Source: Octopus bimaculoides (taxonomy: Eukaryota). From it: a stretch of 44,189 nt of DNA. Where the stretch lies: contig NC_068981.1 of NCBI RefSeq assembly GCF_001194135.2, forward strand, positions 57,865,469 to 57,909,657, in the 5' to 3' direction. Both the position numbers and the translations under genes were made by a program. Numbering within the stretch: position 1 is the first letter of the stretch; every line of letters starts with the position of its first letter. The notes beneath the pieces were generated by a model. The model was not told where the DNA came from. It searched no databases and saw only the letters and a program-made list of their open reading frames with translations. Positions 1-10,708 of the stretch are shown here, in pieces.

Positions 1-122
1 TATATACATATATATATATATATACATATATATATACATACACATATATATACACACACACATACACTTATATATATATTTACACACACACATATACATA
101 CATAAACATATATACATACACA
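1..122. repeat. (TA)n/(CA)n compound microsatellite
   Basis: Directly visible. Confidence 0.95.
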
Positions 123-139
123 CTCACCCACAAATAAGT

Positions 140-360
140 ATCTTTTACTTGTTATAGTCAATAGACTGTGCCCATGCTGGGGCACTACTTTGAGGAATTT
201 TAGTTGAAAAAATTGATCCAAGTACTTATTTTTTTTTTAATGCCTGGTATTAATTCTATCTGTCTCTTTTGCTGAACTGCTAAGTTTTGGGGATATAAAC
301 ATACCAACACCAGTGTTGTCAAGCAGTGGTGGGGACAAACACTGACACAAAGACACATAC
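140..360 (-). mobile_element. SINE family A, 3' tail portion (diverged)
   Basis: Similar to the tails at 2655-2860, 18235-18430 and 33380-33590 (ccatgctgg...tacttatt...gctaagtt...gttgtcaagc...ggggacaaacac). Confidence 0.75.
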
Positions 361-542
361 ACATTATATATATAATGTAACTGCATGTGATTGTTGGTGA
401 TTTGTCTTCCTCCTTCATCTTGGACATTCCTTTTTTTCCTGTTTCAGAAGAAGAGCTATGCTCAAAACGTAAATGGGTACACAAACACACCAGCATCGAT
501 TGTCAAGTGATGGCTGGGGGACAAACACAGACACACACAAAT

Positions 543-2431
543 ATCTACTAGAAATGTGGAAAATCGGTGTGTGTTTATTTGTGGTGTTGTTAGCCAACTC
601 CTCTTACATCGTTTTATTGATTTTGATGAAACTTGACACATAAATAGAACTCATGTGTGGAAACCTCGTGACATACTTAGATTATTGAAAAAAAAAATCA
701 ATAATACGGCCCCTGGAAGGGATCGTTATATCTACCTCATATAACTAATTTTTTAAACACCCAAGGGAAATAATCCATAGCACCTGCACTTACAGTTGTT
801 AGTTTTAGCAAAGTGATCAATATTTGATTCTCACGATCTGCAGACCTAATTCTGCATTTCACTACTCACAGTTTTCAACTGTTAAACCTTATTATTGCAC
901 TTTCTTGATGCATGTACAAGTTTTCAACTGTTAAACCTTATTATTGCACTTTCTTGATGCATGTACACTTTCAATGCCCATACCACCGATAATTCTGCAT
1001 TTTCCAGTTACAATTCTTCGATGACTGTACATAAATTTTTGATTCCAGAATGTATTTAATAAGTGTGTCCCAATACAATGAACTCATACTTTAAATGCTT
1101 CAAATTCTTAAAAAATGAAACCAAACTTCCACACCACATTCAGTTGGGATACCCCGTATCACTTATACTTATTTTACAAATCATAATATTTATTGCTTAT
1201 TTACAATTCATTCAACATTTTCATGAAACTAATTGAGCCATCGAATTTAGAAATATTTTACAGGTTTCATTGTTTATGTTCGATTACTTTGGATATTGAC
1301 TTTTTGTGTGTCCAATTTGTAATTTTTGCAGATAATATCACTTTTATACGTTGACACCTGAGTAGAACTCATGTCTGGAAACCTTGTGACATACTTAGAT
1401 TGTTGAAAAAATCAACAATAGGGCCTCTCCAACGGATCCTTCTATCTACTACATATTACTAATATTTTATTTAAACAACCTAAGGGAAAATAACCCATAC
1501 CACCTGCAGTTTTTAGTGAAGCAATCAATATTTGATTCTCACGATCAGCCGACCTAATTCTGCATTTCACTACTCAGTTTTGAACTGCTAAACATTATTA
1601 TTGTACTTCCTTGATTTGAATCTTAAACCTTAAAGATTTCATTCATACATTTCTATACTTACATGCTTTTTTAATGCCCATTACTCCGATAATTCTGCAT
1701 TTTTACAGTTACACTTTTTCTATGACAGTAGATAGATTTTTTTTATTCCACAACATATTTGTAGTGCCTTCATGCAGGCATAGCGTGGATTCTATCCTCG
1801 ATTGCCAAATTTCACTTAACACTTCAACAGCACTTTTCTCACGGTAAAACAATAGTTTTTCTGTGAATGACAGCAATTAAACATTTCCCAGATGCCTTCG
1901 CTAAGCAGAATAATGTCTTTGCCACTTGACCCTTCTAACCTCTTCTAAGCTACCAGGGGCTGGAATAGAGATAACAGACCTCCAACGAAATAATTTGTTC
2001 TCAACAATATGTCTATCCTTCTGGCTGCTTTTCGATAGTTGTAAAAACAAGAACTCTGTAAGCTAAAGGCAGTTACTGAGAGCAACCATCAGTGAGTGTG
2101 AATGTTACTATTGCACTTTCTTAATTTCATTGTTAAACATTAAATACTTCATTCATATATTCATATACATATGTACTACATTTATATATTACCTTTAATA
2201 AATTAGCCTTCATAAAGTTCACCTTTAAAATGCCATGATGAGTCAGAGTACTTTCTCGCCAACCTCCAGTAATCTCTCCCTCCTCCAGCTGACAGTTTTT
2301 TGTACTTTTTTGTGACGGAAAATACACCTTTTGTGGCAGTTATAATGAAATTACTTTCTTATATCAGAGTAACAAGGCGTTTCAATAGAATATTTTTACC
2401 CCGGGAATTACCAGGTACATCAGCTAGTATA
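543..2431 (-). mobile_element. Non-autonomous Helitron/Helentron-like element with internal duplication
   Basis: On the minus strand it begins TATACTAGCTGATGTACC (2431) and ends ...GTGTCAAGTTTCATCAAAATC...CTAGTAGAT (~543). Both resemble ends of invertebrate non-autonomous Helitron-like repeats (recalled). It contains a diverged ~400-bp direct repeat (645-1060 vs 1363-1760). Confidence 0.55.
870..967. repeat. Perfect 2 x 49-bp tandem duplication
   Basis: agttttcaactgttaaaccttattattgcactttcttgatgcatgtaca at 870-918 and 919-967. Confidence 0.95.
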
Positions 2432-2434
2432 CAT

Positions 2435-2590
2435 ATATATACAACGGGCTTCTTTCAGTTTCGGTCTACTAAATCCACTCAAAATAGGGGCTATAGTTGA
2501 AGACACTTGCTCCAGATGTCATGCAGAGGGACTGAACCCGAAAGGTTGCAAAGCAACTTTCTTATCTACACAGCTATACTCTCTACACCT
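2435..2590 (-). mobile_element. SINE family A head (tRNA-derived), separated from its tail (~460-540) by the Helitron-like element
   Basis: Matches the head at 2925-3085 (gggcttctttcagtttc...aaatccactc...gaagacacttg...gggactgaaccc). Confidence 0.7.
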
Positions 2591-2654
2591 GTAAAAACAT
2601 TTAAAAGAATTAAAAATTAATAAATAAAGAAAGGGAAAAAAAACAACTTTGTAA

Positions 2655-2887
2655 TATTTGTTTTACTCTTTTACTTGTTTCAGTCATTTGACTGCGGCCA
2701 TGCTGGAGCACCGCCTTTAGTTCAGCAAATCGACCCCAGGACTTATTATTCTTTGTAAGCCTAGTACTTATTCTATCAGTGTCTTTTGCCGAACCGCTAA
2801 GTTATGGGGATGTAAACACACCACAATCGGTTGTCAAGCGATGTTGGGGGAACAAACTGACACACACACAAATACACACACATACAT

Positions 2888-2922
<35 letters not shown>

Positions 2923-3085
2923 CGACGGGCTTCTTTCAGTTTCCGTCTACCAAATCCACTCACAAGACTTTGGTCGGTCCGAGCCTTAGTAGAAGACACT
3001 TGTCCAAGGTGCCACGCAGTGGGACTGAACCCGAAACCATGTGGTTGGTAAGCAAGCTACTTACCACATAGCCACACCTGCGCCA
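2655..3085 (-). mobile_element. Complete tRNA-derived SINE (family A) with internal (TA)n/(TG)n microsatellite
   Basis: Minus strand: A-box-like GTGGCTATGTGG, B-box-like GGTTCAGTCCC, core, microsatellite (2860-2922), then a tail ending in GAGTAAAA-type repeats. Many partial copies occur across the window. Confidence 0.85.
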
Positions 3086-3443
3086 ATAAACTTACCCTAC
3101 ATAAAAATGCTATCGGCAGTCTGTATTTCACAAACTATTAATTTTTAAGGAGGAAATATTATAGACTATTTTCATGCAAGAGGGGCAATGTGATATATTG
3201 GCTAGAAAAGCGGAATATTATAATAAATTATCTTGAAAAGAGGAGGATGTTTTAAATTATTATCACGAAGAGAGGGGAACATGAAGGCCATTGATGAAAT
3301 AAATAAGAGGTCAGATCTAATAGGATATTGAAATTGTTTAATTGACACCAACCATTTCATGTGTTAGTTCCGGGATTTGAACATTTTTATAAATTTCCCA
3401 ACACCGTATTACACCGCATTGCATCAACAACAGTGAAGAAGTG

Positions 3444-3534
3444 ATGGCAACGTCTGCTAGAATTCTCGTAGATTTTCTTTCACTCTTAATTCTTGCTGTA
3501 ATATCTGTCATCTCCATAAACCCAGTTATTTTAG
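3444..3534 (+). CDS. PLA2G15: PLA2G15/LCAT-family gene, coding exon 1 (signal peptide)
   Basis: ATG at 3444 gives MATSARILVDFLSLLILAVISVISINPVIL plus 1 nt (hydrophobic signal peptide, then the family PVIL strand). Donor G|gtaaga at 3535. The leftover G joins exon 2 to give V of VPG. Confidence 0.88.
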
Positions 3535-3861
3535 GTAAGAATCGCTCGTTTCTATTTTGTTTGCTTATCTATTTTTTGTTACATAATGCTATTGCTTTGT
3601 TATTTTAAAATGTTTTGAAAGAAATTACAATCATAAGGCAATATTATATAAACAATGTCCAAATTTAGCACAACATTCCCATCTCTTTCATTAATCAAAT
3701 GTTTCTCATCTCGCTATCTCTTTCCGCGTTGTCATTGACATTTCCAGTAACTTCGTAACCGAATCATATTTAAAGAGTCTACCTTTGTCTCTTCCTTTTA
3801 AAGGCATGCTTTTCCTTGTTTTGTACCAGGTGAGCCCTTACCAATCAGAACTATTATTACA

Positions 3862-4187
3862 GGCATTCCAGCCGTAATCATCTTGATTCAGTTTTCAATT
3901 TATGACCTACGCTGCATTGTATACTTCCTTGTTTAAGACAGTAAGATGTAGTTTGATGGCGATTTCGCTGCTATTTCTAGCTGTTCGGATGACTGCCCTG
4001 GTTCATTTTGCCTGAGGGAACCCCTCAAGCCAAAATATGCAGCTTCTACGTAGTCACTCAAACTGCTATAAAAAGCAGCCAGTTCTCCCTTAGATACCTA
4101 CTATCTTAGAAAAGAGGAAGAGCACATTGAATAAGAAAGTATTTGATACATTATGAACAAAAGACAAGGTGGTTACGGATGGAACAT
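3862..4187. mobile_element. Foldback MITE-like repeat with imperfect long inverted arms
   Basis: ggcattccagccgtaatcatcttg pairs imperfectly with caaggtggttacggatggaac. taagacagtaagatgtag...gctgctatttctagc pairs with gctataaaaagcagcc...cctactatctta. Single-arm copies at ~28050-28115, 30120-30245 and 36825-36915. Confidence 0.6.
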
Positions 4188-5219
4188 TATCGAATACAGG
4201 TGTACTCGATCAGGTTAAACCTGGGCTAAAAAGCAACATTTAGATGAGATTACAAAATAAACAATGCTATTGTAACAGTGACAATAAGCTATCAACAACA
4301 ATACTAATTATTCTTTGTTTTTATAGTTACGAAGAACTGCTTACAACGGTTTACCAATTCTCTTTTAAGAAACGAGTTGTTTACGATCAACATTGCCATA
4401 GTTATGAAATCAATTATGCTAGTAAAAATCAGACAAAGAGCTTAGAATTCTGTCCCCCCACTCTGTCTATGATTCAGTATGATGGGTTGAAATTAGTCAT
4501 CTTATCTCACTTGCCATGTTTACATATTCTGCCATTTAAAAATGGTTTAAGAATGTTGCGCAAGCTATGACGACAATGCTAATAATAATATTGGTATAAA
4601 CACTTGATATTGTGACATCGGCCTTTTATATATGTTACGAATGTTTATCTCATAGTGTATCGTGCCCTTATGTTATTGTTACAGTTGGTATTGATTGTGA
4701 GGGACATAAAAGGAAGGGATACATCGATCTGATCGATGTTTTCTCTAATAAGCATGAAAAATGAAATAAAGAAATGTGGGTTCTTTCTAACGTTGACAGA
4801 ACTCGAAGTGGTGGAAGGGAAAAACCCAGCACAAAGTTTATTTCTTATTAGAAGTGATAAGATCGGTTGAATCGATTCAAATAGCGATACTTATGTTATT
4901 GACCATAGTGGAATAAACGATTAAGTTAATTTGGCGGGGATTTCGCAAAAATTAGGGACCATTAAACATTTATGTGGGCTCGTATTCCACCGACAGCCTT
5001 TTTCTATCCAAATGGTTTTTAACTCAATATTCACATGCTATTTATAGCTTTATTTGCTTCGAGATTCACCCTTCCTTTTGGAGCACTACTACCAAATATA
5101 CCATCACTTTTGCCCGATCAGGCTCTAGTTTTGGAGATACCTATTTTGATACCGATGTATCCACTCGTGCGCCGAAATAAAGAGACTCCCATTTGCACGT
5201 TATATTTTGCTGTCTTACA

Positions 5220-5720
5220 GGTTGACCCATTCTTTGAAATATTTGGGATGCTGATTCCAAAATTAGTTTTGCTTTCTTAATTAAAAATAATTAATCATAT
5301 GCTATTTCGTTACAAATGCGAACAATATTAATGTTATTGATATAGTGTTACATGCTATGAAAACTGCTAAGTCAGATTATTTTAGTACAGAAACTTAAAG
5401 TACACTGCATTAGAATCTGTTGTAATTGTATCTCCCAAATAAGCATTAAACATGAATATGCCATCATATTTGTATCTTGTCTTCTCTTATACGTTTTCCC
5501 CTGTGTTTATACCTTGATGGAATCTTTTTCTTTGCTCTTCGCGGCGGTACTGGTCCTTGATGTTCATGTTTACAGCTAAGCTTATTTAAATTGGAGGGCA
5601 TGTTCTCTACTAATTCAAAATAGTTGTCTTCCTTAGGGTTGCCAAATTTTTGACAACCAAAAATAAATGAATTCAACGTACAGCATCCGTCATTATCCAT
5701 TGAATATACAAAATGTGGAT
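5220..5720 (-). mobile_element. Degenerate DNA-transposon transposase C-terminal fragment plus 3' non-coding end
   Basis: Frameshifted minus-strand translation gives FGNPKEDNYFELVENM...C(N)MNIK...EEQRKRFHQGINT...RQDTNMMA. This resembles the LGNxKxxNYxELVxxML...GCNMSLK...EQGERFHQDI...GRWDxxMMADYCW motif of a widespread invertebrate transposase family (recalled; superfamily not assigned). Confidence 0.6.
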
Positions 5721-5960
5721 CTTTTTAAATATACACTTAAAACTTTACGTAGCTCAGTCCATGGAATTGCTCAATAAATTGCTAGGTTAGACATCTCTTT
5801 GTATAGCGCCTTTACGCTGAACCTTTGGTACAGAAAATATATAGTAATTTATTAATGTGTGGTTGATTTAATAGCACATATATCATCATATATTTTGATA
5901 TCAAAAAAGCAAATCATTGATTTATTATAGTTGGTAGAGTAAAACTCGTGTCATTTTGGA

Positions 5961-5968
5961 TATATATA

Positions 5969-6060
<92 letters not shown>
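5961..6060. repeat. (TA)n(TG)n microsatellite
   Basis: Directly visible. Confidence 0.95.
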
Positions 6061-6062
<2 letters not shown>

Positions 6063-6182
6063 AGGCCGGTTTATGGGATTACCCCGTGAGATGCACGTCC
6101 ATAAAGCGCAGCATATCAATCAGAACCTAAAACCTGTTGGCTTACGAGTGTGCTTCTTTTTCGGATTTATGATTTACTGACG

Positions 6183-6288
6183 ATACATACATACATGCAT
6201 GCATACATACATGCATACATGCATACATACACACACACATACATACATACATACATACATACATACATACATACATACATACATACAT
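6183..6288. repeat. (ACAT)n tetranucleotide microsatellite
   Basis: Directly visible. A second array is at 37270-37372. Confidence 0.95.
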
Positions 6289-7149
6289 AGGCATAACTAC
6301 AGATGTATGCCCCACTGACTTTGTTGCTTCATAACGAAATTTTCAATAAATAATCCCGTATATTGAGTGTGTGTAAAGATTTGTTGGAAAAAATTTTTCC
6401 GAGGGGTTGAGAAGAGGGTTTTCGGAAAATCACATAACCCGACATTTTCCCCCTCGTAAATTTCAGGAAAATGGGTATTTTTTAATGAAATTTTATACAA
6501 ATACCTTTCAAACGGCGTAGATTACGATTACATAGAAAATTTGTAGGCAAAATGTTTTGGAAGGGAGCGGGGGTGGAGTTTCGGTTCAGACAACCCACAT
6601 AAGTCGGAATTTCTCTGTTTTGACGGGGATTTTTTTCCAATTAATGTCATTCTTGTCCTGGAGAGTCTGGATGTTCCAGGCCCCGAAAATGATAGTTGAT
6701 GATGGATGAGTAGAAGTAGAGTTCTGAGCACTGAGTGGGAGGTTCGCCAGCTGCAGTATGCTGGCCAGATCGAGTTGCTGTATACGATGTTTGCCCCACC
6801 TTTTTTAGGGGCTCCCTCTTCAGGGGTGGGCTGTGGTAATCTTAAAGAGGCCAACCCAGTCACGAGTCCAGCTGCCGAACACCAATGTCACAGCTATTCA
6901 ATGGAGAGCGACCATCTAAGATTCGCCTGAATGTGTGGTCACAGACTAGAGGCTTCCAATTTTCCAGACCTACCTCTGACCGATGCAATGCCATCTGCAT
7001 TGCATTTTTTTTTTTTTGAGACTCAAAGAGTAGAAAGACAAAGCCAGTTGCTGAGTAAATTGTTTGAGTTGACTATGGCTGTGTGACAGCTATGCACACG
7101 CATTTGCCCAGCAACTTTTCCACTACGGCTCAAGAATTGAGACATGTAG

Positions 7150-7432
7150 TCTTGTTTAGGGTGGTTGCAGTGAGCTGCCGGATTCTGTTTGCCTTTGTCA
7201 CCCCTGCCCGCCAGGCATTGCCCCCTTCCGCCAGAGTCATTCCACGGGGGCTTGAGATTGCCCTCCTCTGCTTGCTTCGCCATTGAGTTTTGATGTTGGT
7301 GTTTGGTTGTGTTTAGTCTGAGACCTCATCCTTGACCTTCTCGCCATGGGTGGCCTTACCAGGAGTCTAAGACTCCAGACAGCATCACTCTCGAAATCAT
7401 TAGAGCACACAAGCTCTTTCACTACAGTGAGG
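7150..7432 (+). mobile_element. RTE-clade LINE 5' non-coding-like segment
   Basis: ccttgaccttctcgccatgggtggccttaccaggagtctaagactccagacagcatcactctc...atcattagagcacacaagctc resembles the region just upstream of the ORF in RTE elements (recalled consensus). The GC-richer block may extend back to ~6560. Confidence 0.5.
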
Positions 7433-8068
7433 AACGACCATGATAAGAGAATACACCTGTCTCGTTCCAAGGAGAAAAAACTAGAGGTAGTTGATAGCTT
7501 CCGCTATCTGGGTGACCAAATTAGTTGGGGTGAGTGCGCTGAAAGGGTGGCTGCTAGAATAAGAATAGCCTGGGCAAAGTTCAGAGAGCTCTTACCTCTA
7601 CTGGCGACAAAGGGCCTCTCACTCAGAGTAAAAGGTAGACTGTATGATGCATGTGTACGAACAGCCATGCTACATGGCTGTGAAACATGGGCCATGACTG
7701 CTGAGGACATGTTTAAGCTCGCAAGGAATGAAGCCAGTATGCTTCGATGGATGTGTAATGTCAGTGTGCATACTCGGCAGAGTGTAAGTATCTTGAGAGA
7801 AAAGTTGAACCTAAGAAGCATCAGTTGTGGTGTGCAAGAGAGACGATTGCACTGGTATGGACATGTGGCGAGAATGGATGAGGATAGCTGTGTGAAAAAG
7901 TGCCACACCCTAGCGGTTGAGGGAACCTGTGGAAGAGGCAGGCCTAGGAAAACCTGGGATGAGATAGTGAAGCACGACCTCCGAACATTAGGCCTCACCG
8001 AGGCAATGACTTGTGACCGTGACCTTTGGAAATATGCTGTGCGTGAGAAGACCCGGCAAGCCAAGTGA
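7433..8068 (+). mobile_element. RTE LINE reverse transcriptase C-terminal fragment
   Basis: ORF 7346..8068 contains LEVVDSFRYLGD, AWAKFRELLPLL, KGRLYDACVRTAMLHGCETWA, RLHWYGHVARM and GRGRPRKTW, all RTE RT C-terminal motifs. Homologous to 39120-39470 (-). Confidence 0.92.
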
Positions 8069-8632
8069 GACCAAAATCCAAGGCCTCTGCCAGGGATGTA
8101 GCCAGCCCACTTACGCGTAGCATTCCTTCATTGGACACTAAACTCTGCTTGCGAAGACATGGTGAGGCAAGTGAAATCGAAATCGAACTAAATTTGTAGG
8201 AGCACTAAACTCAGCTTGCAAAGACCTGTTGGGGCAAGCGAAAGCGAAATCGTGATGGCACCTGTACCAGTGGAGCACTAAGAGCACCGTCTGAACACGG
8301 TCGTTACCAGAACAGCTGTCTGGCTTCTGTGCCGGTGGCACGTAAATAGCACTAGCGTGATTGTTACCAACGTCGCCTTCCTGGCACTTGTGCCAGTGGC
8401 ACATGAAAAGACATTCGAGCGAGATCGGTGCCAGTGCCGATGGGCTGACCCCTGTGCAGTGACATGTAAAATACACCATTTCAAGCGAGATCGTTGCCAG
8501 TGCCGATGGACTGGCCCCTGTGCAGTGACATGTAAAATACACCATTTCGAGCGTGGCCGTTGATCATTACCAACGTCGCCTCCCTGGCAATTGTGCCAGT
8601 GGCACGTGAAAAGACATTCGAGCGAGATCGTT
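8069..8632 (+). repeat. RTE 3' region with minisatellite array (~64-66-bp units)
   Basis: Unit B (tgccagtgccgatgg...atttcaagcgagatcgt) occurs twice in tandem (~8430-8560). Unit A (ttaccaacgtcgcc...gacattcgagcgagatcg) is at ~8364-8428 and ~8567-8630. The array runs into a gap. Confidence 0.8.
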
Positions 8633-8732
8633 NNNNNNNNNNNNNNNNNNNNNNNNNNNNNNNNNNNNNNNNNNNNNNNNNNNNNNNNNNNNNNNNNNNN
8701 NNNNNNNNNNNNNNNNNNNNNNNNNNNNNNNN

Positions 8733-8895
8733 ACAGCTGGATGCTCTTCCTAATGCCAACCACTCAGAGAGTGTAGTGGGTGATTTTACGTGCTACCGGC
8801 ACAAGGGCCAGTCAGGCGGTACTGGCGACAGCCACACTCGAAATGGTGTATTTTATGTGTCACCTGCACAGGAGCCAGTCCATCAGCACTGGCTA
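8733..8895 (-). mobile_element. RTE-tail SINE-like element (family B), partial
   Basis: Reverse complement of the gtggcacgtaaaa...ggttggcgttaggaagggcatccagctg core seen on + at 27130-27195 and 35780-35850. Confidence 0.8.
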
Positions 8896-9062
8896 CTTGC
8901 AACCAAATTCATCGTTATTTTCAAAATTAACAAAAACCACTTAGACAGTGAATTTCATTTGAAATATGATCATGAAAGGGTTAATCTCTCCCTACTTTTT
9001 TTTTTAACTAAAATAACTAAACTTTATTGTAACTTTAACTTATCTTTTGTTTTGTTTTATAG

Positions 9063-9216
9063 TTCCTGGAGATGGAGGCAGCCAGATTTCTGCAAAGTTG
9101 AACAAAAGCCTAAGTCCTTTTGTCTACTGCGAGACGAAAACTAATTATTATTACACATTATGGTTGGATCTTACTCAAATCACAATTGCTCAGTGCTGTT
9201 TTGTTGATAACATGAG
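9063..9216 (+). CDS. PLA2G15: PLA2G15/LCAT-family gene, exon 2
   Basis: Acceptor ttttatag|, donor |gtaata, 154 nt. Encodes (V)PGDGGSQISAKLNKSLSPFVYCETKTNYYYTLWLDLTQITIAQCCFVDNM(R), matching the family motifs VPGxxGxQ and CxxDN. Confidence 0.95.
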
Positions 9217-10449
9217 GTAATATTATTTAGTCATCATTGTCATCATTTAACGTCCTTTTTTAATCTCTCTAAATACATGTTTGTATTTTTTGTGAGTGCA
9301 TGTGTGTGTGTGTTGATAATTCCGGTTAAGGCATTTCAGTTCATATTGTAATTATACTGTAGCCTCATTCTTTCATAAAGAATTGTTTTTGTCCAATAAT
9401 TATGACCTTTATTTTACATAGTACTTGCTAGTATTTATTATCACTAATGGACGGATAAGTGACTATTTCTAGACATAGTAGCAATTGAGTTGTTAAAATA
9501 CTTGACCATTGACCTAAAGGTGAAAACAATATATGGGTTGAGGTTATAATATAGATGAAACTGAAGACAGTTCTTGTTTAATCTTAGACCAACCCAGATC
9601 TGGCCTATGAGGGCATTGAAACAGAACCATCTGCTTTCTCACTTGATAATATTGTTGTAGGATATTTGGCATTGCCTGAAACAAAAGATCCAGATGATCA
9701 ATTTCTTGAAAAAAAATCATGGTAACTTTGCATCAACGTATTCTTTGAAACACAACATTTATATTCTTTGTTACTGAGTGGCACAGTTAAAAAAGACTGT
9801 TATTTCTGGCAAAATGTTAAATAATTTTCAGCCAAAGGTTTCCAGAGAAACAATGCTCTTTGCTTTTCCACCTTGAGCACTGACAAAGATTGTCCTGTTT
9901 CCAATACATAAATATCCAACATATAACTATCTATAAGAGAAATAGAATCTTTCCAACTATCATCCAACTATCTTCAATAAATGCATAAGCTTTACAATGT
10001 CCATCAACAAATCACAAATCCTAAAGAATCTGTTGATGGACATTATAGATTTCAAGGCATCTTTTGAAATGCTAAATCAGTAGGACGTTATTACAGTGGT
10101 AAATATCTTTGTGTAATGAAACATTTATTAATAAAAGGTCATTAAAATATTACTAGATGTTGCTTTGAGATTTGTAGGAAAACATGAAGTTTTTGACCCC
10201 AAATTTTATACACAAGAACAAAACCATTTTAATGTGAAATATGTGAGATATATTTTGAAAATTTTAATCTTGCTGTCCACCTATATTTCACTGGAATTAC
10301 ATATGTACACTATGATTGTGAAATATGAGGCAAAGTTGTTGTTTTTGTTGTTGTTAATAATAGTTATTTAAACACAATGAACAAATATCGACTGGAGAAA
10401 AATTCTTGTTGCAGTTGGTTAGGTGAAAAATTTTTTGTCAATAGTACTG

Positions 10450-10453
<4 letters not shown>

Positions 10454-10508
<55 letters not shown>

Positions 10509-10634
10509 AAGAAAAAGGGAAATAATTAGGAAAAGTACTGGCTTACAATGTGTTGGATTTTATAAGAATTAAAAATATTATGAAATTGAATTCAGTCTTA
10601 ATAACTATCACATGATGTTGAGACAAGGAGATGC

Positions 10635-10701
<67 letters not shown>
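10454..10701. repeat. Two (GA)n microsatellites (10454-10504, 10640-10701)
   Basis: Directly visible. The second abuts a SINE A head at ~10705-10850 (-). Confidence 0.9.

Positions 10702-10708
<7 letters not shown>

Noticed and set aside
6984-7017. 9-bp stem (atgcaatgc/gcattgcat) followed by a T run, like an intrinsic terminator
   Set aside because: Eukaryotic intron context. A short palindrome plus poly(T) is common by chance.
7346-8068. 240-aa ORF as a host or domesticated gene
   Set aside because: It is an RT C-terminal fragment lacking the catalytic YADD region, and the start codon comes from adjacent non-coding repeat sequence.
8330-8632. Regular ~65-bp repeats that could be mistaken for a CRISPR array
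   Set aside because: Units are contiguous with no unique spacers, there are no cas genes, and they belong to a retroelement tail.
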